A DNA stretch of 64,000 bases from Entomortierella parvispora E1425 (GCA_020891255.1 BQFW01000015.1:496001-560000), one strand, 5' to 3'; positions 38,050 to 51,266 are shown, numbered from the stretch's first letter. Notes: generated by a model from the letters alone, not told the origin. Numbers and translations are program-made.

Positions 38050-38757
38050 GCAACCTTGCTAGCCAGCAGCTAAACTCGTTCGAATCGAGCGCAAGGAGGC
38101 AGCACCTTCATTCATTTATGAAGGTGTGCACACCATCAATGTTAGGCAAAGAACCTCTTCATGATAAGAAAAGTCATGAAATGAAGAACAATGGATCCAG
38201 CCAGCAGCTTTGAACGGGATCGCCCCGAACGCCCATCGTCCTTCAGCTCAGTGCCCCTACACCAGTTTTAACAGACAACGCTAAGCAGAAACAAATTTGT
38301 GATGGCAACCTTGCTAGCCAGCAGCTAAACTCGTTCGAATCGAGCGCAAGGAGGCAGCACCTTCATTCATTTATGAAGGTGTGCACACCATCAATGTTAG
38401 GCAAAGAACCTCTTCATGATAAGAAAAGTCATGAAATGAAGAACAATGGATCCAGCCAGCAGCTTTGAACGGGATCGCCCCGAACGCCCATCGTCCTTCA
38501 GCTCAGTGCCCCTACACCAGTTTTAACAGACAACGCTAAGCAGAAACAAATTTGTGATGGCAACCTTGCTAGCCAGCAGCTAAACTCGTTCGAATCGAGC
38601 GCAAGGAGGCAGCACCTTCATTCATTTATGAAGGTGTGCAGACCATCAATATTAGGCAACGGACCCTTTCATGACAAGAAAAGTCGTGAAATGAAGAACA
38701 ATGGATCCAGCCAGCAGCTTTGAACGGGATCGCCCCGAACGTCCATCGTCCTTCAGC
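38050..38757. repeat. Tandem array, 255-bp period, ~2.8 copies
   Basis: GCAACCTTGCTAGCCAGCAGCTAAACTC starts at 38050, 38305 and 38560. Copies 1 and 2 look identical by eye; copy 3 carries substitutions and is truncated. Confidence 0.97.
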
Positions 38758-39128
38758 CTGTAGCCTCATATCGATTACAAATTTGTTTCCGGGAAGTGAA
38801 CATTGTAAGTGCTTACCAGAAGCGACGAGGATGACCTGTCTACGAAAACCACAAGGGACAAAGACGAGAAGAAGGATGCGTTAATGAGCTCACTGTACAT
38901 TATTTGAGGTTTCGCAAGGAGAACACGTGACTCAAAATGTCACTGTATATTCTAGAATCGCATGAATAACCGATGGTGGCTTATTTTTTCCGCCCCAGGG
39001 AGAACAAGAAAAAAAAACAATCGCCGATAAAGGATTTGCCCCTGTGAGGTGCATCTGTTTCTTCCTTCCCAAATCCCAACGTTCACTCTGTAATCGTTTG
39101 ATTCACTCAGTCGACTCATCATTCAATC

Positions 39129-39494
39129 ATGTCTGCCATCCAAAAGTCTGCCAAGCCCGGTGTCGAGGAGAACGTCGAGTCTGCCGTTCACCGCATTCGC
39201 ATCACCTTGACCTCCCGCAACGTCAAGAACCTCGAGAAGGTCTGCTCTGACCTCATCCAGCGTGCCAAGGACAAGAACCTCCGTGTCAAGGGACCCGTCC
39301 GTCTCCCCACCAAGGTTCTCCGCATCACCACCCGCAAGTCCCCTTGCGGTGAGGGTTCCAAGACCTGGGACCGCTACGAGATGAAGATCCACAAGCGTCT
39401 CATCGACTTGCACTCGCCCGCCGAGATTGTCAAGCAGTTGACCTCCATCAACCTCGAGTCTGGTGTCGAGTGCGAGGTCACCCTTGCCCTCTAA
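39129..39494 (+). CDS. RPS20: 40S ribosomal protein S20 (uS10)
   Basis: [19 protein letters not shown]...[41 protein letters not shown], with strong codon bias. Confidence 0.98.
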   Translation: MSAIQKSAKPGVEENVESAVHRIRITLTSRNVKNLEKVCSDLIQRAKDKNLRVKGPVRLPTKVLRITTRKSPCGEGSKTWDRYEMKIHKRLIDLHSPAEIVKQLTSINLESGVECEVTLAL

Positions 39495-40295
39495 AGTGTT
39501 TTTTCTCCCTTTTTATTAAGAACACTTTGTGGAAACAAAAGCAACAAAAATCTGGATCCAAGGAAAAAGAACATGGCAACATGGCAGGATTATTATCTTT
39601 TTTGAATTAAAAAGAATGATGATGCTATTTGGAAACAAAAAAAACCCCATGTCGAATGTCAATGTGAATGTGTCTTTGGATGATGTGAGTGAGTAGAGTT
39701 TGGCAGTGTTTTTGGGGTTGTAGACTACCTGTGAAGAATGATGGACACAGGCTCTTTGCAGGCATTGTCTGGAAAAGGGGGTGGCGCTTGTTTTTTGGTT
39801 TTTCAGTTAGTTCAGTGTGTCCGTGGAGAACACAAGATGAACAGAGTTGGTGGCGCGGATGATGGATGGATGGCAACAGGACGGGCAAAGGACAGACAGG
39901 CCATGGTCCGCCCCAACCAAAGTCCAAAGGCGGGCTGGCGGTGTCAACTTTCTCACGGTTGCGATCGACCGCAGGCAGAGTGTTCATATGTGTAATAATA
40001 ATATTGAATATATTTTTGGGTACACTCCAAAGGGCTTCTGTGCCTGCGACCATCTCTCCCCCACCGAAATCGTAATTGCTCAGCGAGCCACTCGTTCGAT
40101 AGGTCAAGGTGGAGAAAGAAAAAAAAAAGAAAAAAAAGGCCGCTCCACCCAGCCAGACCAACACCGACCCTTCCTTTCTTTTTCTTCTTCTTCCTCCTCT
40201 CCTCCTCCTCCATTCCTCGTCATCCTCCCCTCCCCACTCCTTTCTCCATCTCGGCATCTCTAACTCCCTCTCGGACAAACTCTCCCTCAATCACA

Positions 40296-42952
40296 ATGAC
40301 TTCCGCAGAGCCAAACAACCAGGGCATGGACCCCCACCCCCGCAAGATGTGGACCCCCTCCAACCTTGAGGAGAAGCAGATGGAGAAGTTCAGACAATTC
40401 GTCAACCAGAAGCACTCTCTTGCCCTTGGTAAAAAAAAAAAAAGACGAACCTCCTTCCACTCTGTGGACTGTAATTGATCCAGGACGACCCTTTGTTCTG
40501 ACTTGGGGCTTTACTTTTTTTTTCTGCTGTAGCCAACTACAACGATCTCTGGCAGTGGTCTGTCGATGAGATCCAAGAGTTCTGGACCGCCGTCTGGGAG
40601 TATACTAACGTTATTGCCTCGACCCCCTGCACCGGATCTGTATGTACCTTGAACTGTAGCCACTTTGCCGATCTGTCCATATTATTATTTTCAGCGTTCA
40701 GGGCCGTGAGATCCTAACCGTTCTGATCTTCTGTCCATTTATAGGTTGTTGACGGATCAGTCCCCATGGATGCCTTCCCTACTTGGTTCGAGTCTGCTCG
40801 TCTTAACTTTGCAGAGAACGCTCTTTGGTGCAAAGACCCTTCCAAGACTGCCATCATCGCCACTGGCGAGTTGCAGTCGACCCCCACCAGAATCTCTTAT
40901 GCCGAACTTTATGCTCGTGTCCGTCAGTGCGCAAAGGCTATGCGCAAGGCTGGCATTGTGAAGGGAGATCGTGTTGCTGGCTACATCGCCAACTGTCCCG
41001 AGGCCATCGTCGCCATGTTGGCTGCCTCAAGCATCGGAGCCATCTGGAGTTCAACCTCGCCCGATTTCGGAACTATTGTACGTTTCCCATTGTTCTCTTA
41101 TCTCTTCGAGTCATATGCCTCACCTGTGCTTTTTTGTTGACACCGCAGCATTGGTATTTCGGCTCTTTGACCTTTGGTCGGACAACTCTCCTATTCGCGC
41201 CTTCTGATCCTCATTCTGAAATCGACATTATGCCCCTCACGTCTTGACATTTTGCTATCGAGATCCGTGGGGTCGGCATATCAATTAGAGTTGTGCAAAA
41301 AAAGTAACAGATCAGCTCATTTCTATTTCTTTCTTCGTTCCTCCCTTTTCTTCGTTATCAGGGTGTTCTGGACCGATTCTCACAGATCAAGCCAAAGCTG
41401 CTCTTCTCTGTCAATGCCGTCGTCTACAATGGCCGTGCTCACGACCACGTACAGAAGTTGCGCCAGGTTTTGGAGGGTAAGTGCTTTGGGAAGTGAGAAA
41501 ATGAGAAATGAGTTGAATGAAATAGCCCACTTCCGAGATACAGGATCTAACAGGTTTATTGGGGTGTCTTTAGGCTTGGACATGGTTGAGAAGGTTATCT
41601 TAATTCCTTTTGTTCCTACTTCGCCTTGCGAACCGACCTCGGTCGAGAAGGGCACAACATGGGCTGAGTTCTTGGCTACTTCAGATGAACCCGCTATTGT
41701 TGCCGAAGAATTGACGGCCGACCAAGAGTTGATCGAATTTGAGCCTTTGCCCTTCAACCACCCTCTGTACATCCTCTTCTCCTCGGGAACCACCGGCAAA
41801 CCAAAGTGCATTGTTCACTCTGCAGGAGGCATGTTGCTCCAGCACAAGAAGGAGCATATCCTTCACGGCGACTTGTCCTCTTCTGATATCCTCTTCCAGT
41901 ACACGACTACTGGTTGGATGATGTGGAACTGGCTCGTCTCGGGATTGACTTTGGGTGCCACAGTCGTTTTGTTTGATGGCTCTCCCTTCAAGCCCGGTCC
42001 AGATGCTCTTTGGGAGTTGGTTGAGAAGGAGAAGGTCACCGCTTTCGGAACGAGTGCCAAGTATATTCAGGCAATTGAGGATGCTGGCTACAAGCCCCAG
42101 GAAAACCACGATCTTTCGTCGTTGCACTCGATCTATTCTACTGGATCACCCTTGAAGCCCGAGAGCTTTGATTTCGTCTATGAGCACATCAAGAAGGATC
42201 TCTTGCTTGGATCCATCACCGGAGGCACCGATATCTGCTCCCTCTTCGCTTCCCACAACGCTGCTCTCCCTGTTTACAGAGGCGAGATCCAGTGCCGATC
42301 CTTGGGCATGAAGATTGAGGCTTGGACGGCACCTCAGAAGGCTGTTTTTGGCGCATCGGGAGATTTGGTCTGCTCACGCCTTTTCCCCTGCATGCCCGTG
42401 TACTTTTGGAACGATCCCGAGCACAAGAAGTACAAGGCCGCTTACTTTGACAACTACGCCGGTGTCTGGTACCACGGAGACTTTGTGTGGATTAACCCCA
42501 ACACTGGAGGAATTGTCATGTTGGGTCGCAGCGATGGCACCTTGAACCCTAACGGTGTTCGCTTCGGAAGTGCAGAGATTTACAACATTGTCGACACGTA
42601 CCCTGAGGTCGAGGATTCGCTGTGCGTCGGTCAAACGTTGACGGACGGCACTGATGAACGCGTGGTCTTGTTCCTCAAAGTCGCTGACAAGCCAGGTGAG
42701 GATGCTACGTCAAAAGCCTTGGACCATGACTTGGTGACGAGGATCAAGACCCACATTCGCAATCAGCTCTCCCCTAGACACGTCCCTGCGTTCGTTTTGC
42801 GCACCCGGGACATCCCCTATACCATCAACGGTAAGAAGGTCGAGATTGCAGTCAAGAAGATCATCTCGGGCCAGACCGTGGTACCCTCGGGTACTTTGGT
42901 GAATCCCGAGTCCCTGGATCTTTACTACAACATTCCCGAGCTCAAGCAATAG
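40296..42952 (+). CDS. AACS: Acetoacetyl-CoA synthetase (AMP-binding), multi-exon
   Basis: Motifs [82 protein letters not shown] and NGKKVE. Confidence 0.93.
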
Positions 42953-43226
42953 ATACAACATATTCCCTCCTCATTTTTTGTCCATAATACAATCGCTTTT
43001 TGTTTCTCACCGTTCTTTTTGAAGTGCTTGGTGTGCAGAATTTGCGAACAGCGCATACCGTGACGTATTTCATTAAAGAGCCCATTGTGCAGTCCACAGG
43101 AAAGTCAGTCCTTTCCTGGCCCATGCACGTTTTGCATGGCTGACCATTCAATTCTGCTCTCCTTTCTTCCCCAACTCATCCACACTCTCCATCACCCGCC
43201 CCCCTCACTCCACTTGCACCCTCACA

Positions 43227-44389
43227 ATGTCTCAACTTGTTGCTACTGAATTCTGCCCTGTCTACGCCCCATTTTTTGGAGTGATGGGCGCGACTAGCGC
43301 CATTGTCTTCTGCTGTAAGTCAAGTTGGACAAGACGCCAGGGGGAATTGACCTGGCTCCAACGGTTGTTTGCTGACATTGACAGGCTGGAACCACGAGGT
43401 CCAACAGTGGGCCTGTAGACATGGCGGTAGAGAGATAGAGCAGCGAGCACACATGGGCTACCTGGCTTTACATGCAACCATTCTGGTGAAAACAGGCACA
43501 TTTGTGACGCGTCTCGACTTGTCGACTTTGAACCTCGAGACCCTTTGCCGTCACTTGCTCTTCCAGGAAACTTTGGACGACATGGTCACGAGCACAAAAG
43601 ACAGAAGTGTATCATCAGGATCGACACCGCCCTCCCCCTTGGACTGAGAACAGTACACAAGACAAGTTTTTAACCACTCCTCCTACGACCATTGTTTCTA
43701 GGCTTTGGAGCTGCTTACGGCACTGCCAAGTCTGGTGTTGGTCTCACCTCGATGGGTGTTCTCCGCCCAGACTTGATCATGAAGGGTGTTGTCCCCATTA
43801 TTATGGCTGGTATTATTGGTATTTACGGACTGGTCGTCTCGGTCCTGATCGGAAACGGATGTAAGTCGACGATTTCTTTTTTTCCTATTTCTGTTTGTAG
43901 TGTCGTGTTAGTCAGTTATTTTGTTGAGAAATCGACACACAAAAAAAAGCAGACCACTGACATGTTCCTGACCAACCGTCACCCCTTTTCTCCTTTTCTG
44001 ACACTTGTTTAGTCCGCCAAGAGATGTCGCTCTATGCAGGATTTATTCAGTTGGGCGCTGGTCTCAGTGTTGGTTTGGCCGGTATGGCTGCAGGATTCGC
44101 TGTTGGTATTGTTGGAGATGCTGGTGTTCGTGCCTCTGCTCAGCAACCCAGACTCTTCACTGGAATGGTAAGGACGAATCATTGTCACCACCCACTACTA
44201 CCCGTGTTGTTTTTTGATATGAAGAATCTTTCTGTCAAGTGAAAACTGTAGCCTCCTTACTTACTCTATCTATTTTTCTTGACTACGGGGCAATAGATTC
44301 TTGTGCTTATTTTCGCCGAAGTGTTGGCTCTTTACGGACTCATTGTGGCCTTGATCTTGAACACAAAGGCCTCGGATGCCACTTGTTAG
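43227..44389 (+). CDS. VMA3: V-ATPase 16-kDa proteolipid subunit c, 4 exons
   Basis: [57 protein letters not shown] and [16 protein letters not shown]. Confidence 0.93.
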
Positions 44390-44461
44390 TTTATTGCTAT
44401 TATTGTCGTTTTTTTTTATTTATCAAAAAAGAAAGATCCTTGTTTTTACCCCATTGCGTAT

Positions 44462-45268
44462 TCACCATCTCAAGAAATGTGATGGACATTCGTACCCATG
44501 TGGATTCTTGTCGAGGTACTTTTGATGATAATCCTCGGCATTGTGCCATTCTCCGGCCTTCAAAATCTGGGTGACGATCTTTTTGCCCTTGTAGTGCTGA
44601 TCTTGGACTGTGGCCGTGACCTTTCGCGCAATGGCTTCTTGTTCAGGCGAATGATAAAAGATGGCAGAGCGATATTGGGTACCTCGATCAGGTCCTTGAG
44701 AATCGAGGGTGGTAGGGTCGTGCATTCGATAAAAGAACTCTACCAATTCTGCATAGTGGATCTTTTCATTGGGTGTGTACTCGATCTGAAGCGCCTCGGC
44801 GTGGTTACTTGGACTACCAGAGGAGCTACAGACCTAACAGGATGGGTTCTCTCGTATAAGTCTCCTCTGTTTCCTGCCCTCGATAAGAAGCTATAAGAAG
44901 GTGAGAGCTTACCTTTTTGTAGGATGGGTTAGGATCGGTGCCTCCAGTGTAACCGACTGCAGTCTTGATTGATTCGTTCTTGAAATGTTTTTGAAAAGCT
45001 TTTTCAACTCCCCTGTTTGTAAGAAACGCGTATTTCATTTGTGAGTGAGCAAGAGAATACCAAGATGGGTAATGTCTGTGAGTTATTAAGATAAGAAAGA
45101 CTTCATTTTCAGTTACCAGAAACATCCTGCAGCAAAGGTAGCCCTTTCGGTCATTATAGCACGAGTGGAGTGGAAGGAGCGGTGAAGTGAACTGGTTGGG
45201 GATACGAGTTGGGCAAAGCGAAAGCAAGTTGAGGATGTAGAGACAATGGCACGAATGGGTGAAGGCAT
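44462..45268 (-). CDS. MXR1: Peptide methionine sulfoxide reductase MsrA, 3 exons, with N-terminal presequence
   Basis: Spliced ATFAAGCFWGVE, VGYTGG, HAEALQIEY, HDPTTLDSQGPDRGTQYRSAIF and AEDYHQKYL. In-frame ATGs at 45268 and 45154. Confidence 0.95.
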
Positions 45269-46870
45269 CGTGTCTCTATTTATATGGAATGGGTGAGAGG
45301 AGAGGGTGAGAAAAGGAATGGCACCTTGTCTGTCAGATGGATGCGCGGGATCAATTGCGATTCGGCTGAGGGAGAAGAGACCAAGAAAAGAAATCCCGCT
45401 TCGCGCTGGAGCGCGCTTTTGGGATGGAGATTATGTGATGTTAGTTGTCGCGACTCGAAAAGGCGCAGACACCCGCCTGGCGGATTTCGGCGGAAGACGA
45501 TGCCTCCTTTCTCTCTTTCCACTCCCCTGCTGTGATCTCCCTCGAAAGAAGCCACGCGCGCTTTCGCAGATGGGTTCAAGTTTTACCAACGTGGCTCATC
45601 ACTGTTGTGTGTTTCTGCTTCTCTGCTCATGTTACTTCTACTTTTTACCTATTTCATTCTGAAAAGCTTCCCACAAAAAACTCTGGCCGTCATGCCCTTC
45701 TTGAATGGAGCGTTGTTGGTTCAAACCGCTATCTTGCAGAGGTCTGTCTGGCGGGATGGCAAAAAAATTAATGGGTCTCTTCCCTTTTTTTTTCTCTTTG
45801 CACCATCTGCTGGATTGTTTCTGGGGTTTCGTTGTTGATTGAACACATTCGTTGTAGGACCAAGATTTTTTTTTTTTTGAGGTTAATGACTTTACCTTTG
45901 ACCAACACTCTTATCGTCGTTCCCACACTTCCGTCTTCATTACCACCACCTGCACCATTTGCCTACACCCATTGTTCATTCATCTATCGCCTTTCGACTT
46001 TTTTGAGCTCGGTCAGCTCTTGTTAGGTGTGAATAATTGGGATGCTTTACTTGTCGGAACAGTAAAGTCCAGTAGCGTTGACTAACACTCACCGTTCATT
46101 ATGACGATCAGTCGCCTCTTTTTTTCCTCTCCGCAAACAAAAGTCCAAGGACCCTTTCGCTTTCATCCATCCAGAAAAAAAAAGAAGAAAAAGGGAGGGT
46201 GTGCAACTTTCTCATAACCTACTGCTGCTTCTGCGCGACGGAAGAAAAGATCCCGCTTGAACCCTGCGAAAGATGGCTGCAGTATACGCTCAATACGAGG
46301 TTCATCTTCATGGGCTGTCTGAAATGTATGATGACCCGATTCAAGAAGGAAAATGTTGTGGAGGAAAGCAAAGAGTAGTTTGACTAGCTTTCATTCCTCT
46401 TTACGCATTGATGGCCTCTCCATAGCTCTATAGCAGCTCCGTGTGAGAAAGTGAAAGAGAGTGAACATCTGTGTCAGTCAGAACAGGCAATGACCCGAAG
46501 CTATCAACTCTTTGGAATGTAATAAACATCTGCCGTCAGCAAAACTAATAAAAAGAAAGAAGCAGGTGGGTTCAAAACATTGTCTTGCGCCACCAAAAAA
46601 AAAAAAAAAAAAAAAAAAAAACACGTTTGCCATAAGCATTCAGTAGTGGATGCATAAGGGATTCCATGAGTCCATCCATCCCGACATCCGGACGCTCTCT
46701 CTCTTTCTTTCCTTCCTTTCCTCCTTCCTCCCTTCCTTCCTTTTCTTTCCTTACGCGTCCTTTGTCTATTTTTTTTTTCTTGGCACTCTCCCTCACCCAA
46801 ACACGCTAATACCCTCCCCCGCCGGGTTTGTTCTATTTTTCCCACAGTTCCTCATTCTGCTTTTCGCATC

Positions 46871-49061
46871 ATGGCACGAAGAGCCAACGCCACGACACCA
46901 TTGCTCGCCAATGACGACCCCTCTGACTCGTTCGATGCGGATGAGCGCGCACTGCTGAGGCAGGAGGAGAATAAGCAAATCAGCAGGGTATTTATCGTGG
47001 ACAGTCGCTCTTCTCCTGAATCCATCTATCAAGCCGCTGTATTCTAATAGCACCCTTATTTTTGTTACCTTTAACGTCTTGCAGGAAAGACGACGCTTGA
47101 CTCTTTGCATGTTACTTGCCATTATCTTGACCTCGTCCGCCGTGACGTTCACTATCTACTTTGCCAAGGTATCGCTTGGTAGGTATCTGTCGACAGGACA
47201 CAACCAAAGGCATCTCAAGTACAACCGCTCGCTTTCTCACGCCCGTTGGGTTCTTGATTCTACTTGTTTTAGGACGCAGCCGCAATGTCATTATGATGGT
47301 CTCAGATGGCTTTGGTCCTGCGTCGCAAACCTATGCTCGATCATACTTGCAATACCATAATCGCCTGCCAGAGGACTACCACGTGTCCATGGACGAAATC
47401 CTGATCGGCTCCTCCAGAACTCGCAGCAGTGACTCCGCCATCACAGACTCGGCTGCTGGTGCCACGGCTTTCTCCTGTGCCCTAAAAACCTACAATGCGG
47501 CCATCGGTGGCAAGTCGATCTCACCTCTCCTTTTTTTGCTTTACTGTTCTCGTGAAAGAGGAGAAAAGGGCACTGATCGTTGGCTAGTGTGTTTCTGACC
47601 GTCCCCTGGGGTCATCTGCTTGCATAATGGGTTGTCCCCTCATGCTATGAAGCAAGAGTCTCCGTGCCTCTTCTTTTTTTCCCTTTCTTTTTCTGTGTAA
47701 CGGCTCAATTGCTTACCAACTCCTTCCCTTTTTTTTGCCTCTTTTCTTTTTTCTTTTCTTTTATAGTGGACCGTAACGGAAACCCCTGTGGTACAATTTT
47801 GGAAGCGGCAAAGGACCGCGGTATGTTGACGGGAATGGTGGTGAAGAGCAGGGTGACCCACGCCACTCCGGCGTCGTTCTCGGCCCACGTTGTTCATCGT
47901 GACATGGAATCCGAGATTGCAGAGCAACAGATTGGATTTTACCCATTGGGACGTCAACTGGACCTGTTGATGGGCGGAGGTCGGTGCTTCTTCTTACCCA
48001 ACTCGACCAACGGCAGCTGTCGAACAGACAATCGCGATTTGAGAGAAGAGAGCAAAACCAAGGGCTGGACAACTTTCTTGAGCACTCGCGAGGACTTTGA
48101 GAAGGCTGTCGATGGCAAAATCCCTTTGCCTGCATTGGGCTTGTTCAACTTGGACCATATGAACTACGCGATTGATAGTGAGGCTTCCAAGGAACTATCT
48201 CTAACTGAGATGGCGGTCGCGGCTCTCGATTCTCTCAAATATCACTCTGCCGTCGACAAGGGCTTCTTCTTGATGATTGAAGGTAGTCGTATCGATATGG
48301 GCGCCCATAACAACGACCCCGTAGCCCATCTCCACGATATCATTGAGTACCAAGAGACCATCGCCGCTGTCAGAAAGTGGGTCGCCGACAACCCAAACAC
48401 CCTCATGATTTCGACTAGTGACCATGAAACGGGTGGCTTCACTCTGGGATCCCAACCGGACCCCAACACGTTCCCAGAATACCTGTGGAAACCCTGGATC
48501 ATTGAAAAGGCCAAGGCCTCGACAGAAATCTTGACTCGCAGGATTTTCGAGTACACGGGATCCGATCACAAGGCATTTATCAAAAATGAGATCTTGGGCA
48601 CTGAACTCGGCATCACGGATGCTACAGACGAGGAACTGACCATCTTGACCAACACGAGTGCGTCGCCTCTAGAGATCTTGCCATTCCTGGGACATATGAT
48701 TAGCAACAGGGCCCATTTGGGATGGACCACCCTGGGCCACACGGGCGTGGACGTGAACCTGTACGCAGATGGCGAAGGCTTTAGCAATCTGCGCGGAAAC
48801 CATGAAAACACAGAGATTGGAGTCACTATGGCATCGTATTTGCGAGTTGACCTTGGAGTCATCACCAAGAGACTGGAGCAGTAAGTCCACACTCTACCTT
48901 GCCCCCTTATTCTAACGCTACGTGGATGATCATGGATATATTCCTAACGAAAGCGTGTGTTCACTTTTTGCCCTGATAGAACTGCTGACTCATGGTTCAA
49001 GAGACGTCCATTCTGGAACAAGAATGTGGGTGGCGACAAGCACCAGGAAACTGGACGTTAA
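46871..49061 (+). CDS. PHO8: Vacuolar-type alkaline phosphatase, multi-exon
   Basis: Cytosolic N-tail plus one TM segment, then NVIMMVSDGFGP, TDSAAGATAF, THATPASF, EGSRID, DHETGG and GWTTLGHTGVDV. Confidence 0.93.
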
Positions 49062-49263
49062 ACCTTTTGCCTCCCAAAGGGATAACCTCGCAGTCCTTAT
49101 TTTTAAATAACTCGTTTGGTATATAGCTCGAACACTCAACAGCAAACATACATTCAAACTATTTTTTCCGGAACCGGGATCACTCTATACCAATTGTGCA
49201 ATTCTTTCTTTGAACAAAGGTTTTTTAATGGTGATAAAAAGGATTCCAAAAGGTATCACGGTC

Positions 49264-51266
49264 CTAAGCAGCTGCTTCCCGTCTTCTAAGCTCGTCAAAG
49301 TAAGGATCTGTTTGTGAACATAAAGCAATTACAGGGTTAGTTATGTATCTCCTATATGACATCGCTTGTATTCTTCACAAGTAGCAGTAGCACATTACGA
49401 GCAAGGGCGGCCTCCGCTGATATCCTCCTGTCAGGGTTATATGTCACAAGACGCTATTGAAAAGAGAAGATTGTGGGTGAGTGGATGAGAAAATCGACTG
49501 TCACTTTGTCCTTAGTTTCGAAATCCCGGGCTCAGTCTCGCATCCCTTCAAACTTACACTCAACAAGTCAATGCCTGCACTATCCAACTTGGGTACCAGA
49601 TTCTCTAATGGGATGGGATTGTAGAGAGGAAAGTCTGGACGATATTCCGGTAACCTTGACACGCCTGACCAAGTCTCCTCTGTGGGCGTTCCCAAGATCT
49701 TGAAGATCTTTAGCAATTGATCCTTGACTGACGATCCAGGGAACAAGGGTCGACCGGAGGCCATCTCGGCAAATATGCATCCAGCGGACCAGATATCGAT
49801 CGAAGTCGAATATTGTTTTGAACCCATCAACACATCAGGTGCTCTGTACCACAGCGTCACGACCTATTCCCACCCCCACAACAAACAAAAGCAAAAATTA
49901 GTTTCCCCATTCTGAACAGCGGCGTTGGGCTGGTCTGGTTTCTCTGGGCTGTGTCGTACCTCATGTGAGTAACTCCTGACTGGGATACCGAACGCGCGAG
50001 CCAGACCAAAGTCGCCCAACTTTAAATCTCCTTTTTTGTTGATCAGCAAGTTCTGAGGCTTTAGATCCTAGAGAAGCCGGAATAGAAAAAAAGCATGCAA
50101 CAGTTAGGATGCGGAAATCTTTCAGGATCTACTTCTGGTGGGTCCTGATCTGAGCGAGACTCATACGCCAAATTTCTTACTCTATGCAACACGCGATGCT
50201 CGTGGCAGTACGCGATACCTCTCATCAATTGATACATCAATTGCTATACACGAACAAGCCCAAAATGATGTAAATGTTAGGTTCATTTTTCTCGATCAAG
50301 AATAAGCATCCAGAGTCGAGAAAGCGTAAGGGCTGTAGAGTCGCGCCTAACCTTTATCGTCAAAACGTCAATATCGCCACTGTAGGTATCCAGAAATTTT
50401 TTCAGGTCCGAGTCCAGGAATTCAAATACTAGCGTCAGCTTCTTTTCCGTATGGAGAACATCGTACAATCTGGCGTAAAGGAAAAGAGACGAAACGGAGG
50501 GAAAAAAGGCAGTCAATTAGCTTGTGGTTCTGTCTTTTTCGCGTTTTTTTTTCAGAGATCTTGTGACAATACCTGACAATGTTGGACTGCTTCAACTCTT
50601 TGAGCAGAGAAATTTCTCTGATGGCTGTGCAAGGGACCTGTGGGGTGTTCGTGCAAGTGCAGAAAGGAAGAGAGACGTAAAAAAAACAAACAAAAACGGT
50701 CAGACCCTGCTTGCTTGCTTGATCTATTCCTTTCACTCTTCTTGTCGGGAGGTGGTTGCTGCATGAAAGAGGACTTCTACACTTACTCCTTCTTCTTCGT
50801 TATCGAGGCGGATACGCTTGAGCGCGACGACATCATTTGTCTCTCTGTTCTGGGCCTTGTACACAATGCCGTATGTGCCTGTGAAAGCAATGGTGGGATC
50901 ATTAACAAAGATGTAAGAGCCAATCTGCACTAGGCATCATCCTTCTGTCCGTCTTCAGGCCGATCCAATCGAAATTCATCCTGCAATGTCCTGTCTCAAC
51001 CATGCACGGTCTATTTGTTCCATTGTCCATGGTCTCCAGTTCGAATGTGTGGGCATTTGTTGCCCAAACAAAAAAGACATTTCCTGGAGACTGTCAACAA
51101 GGATTGATCCTGTTCTGACGTTTTCTTGTTGTACCTTCACCGAGCTTTTCAATTTTCTACAAGGAAGAGAAGGCGGAATGAGTGTACATTCAGATGACAT
51201 GAGGCGAAAAGCCCGAGATCAGGGCAGAAGAGGTGTAGAGATGATGCATACCTGGTATTTATCCAT
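49264..51266 (-). CDS. Cyclin-dependent kinase, CDK5/Pho85-like with PCTAIRE helix, multi-exon
   Basis: Spliced [78 protein letters not shown], ending ...[14 protein letters not shown]. Confidence 0.93.

Noticed and set aside
38050-38757. CRISPR-like array interpretation
   Set aside because: Whole 255-bp units repeat with no unique spacers, and the context is eukaryotic with no cas genes.
39625-40290. 221-aa minus-strand ORF
   Set aside because: Low-complexity translation of the AACS promoter and 5' UTR.
45120-45135. MsrA as a selenoprotein
   Set aside because: The catalytic codon in GCFW is TGT (Cys), not TGA.
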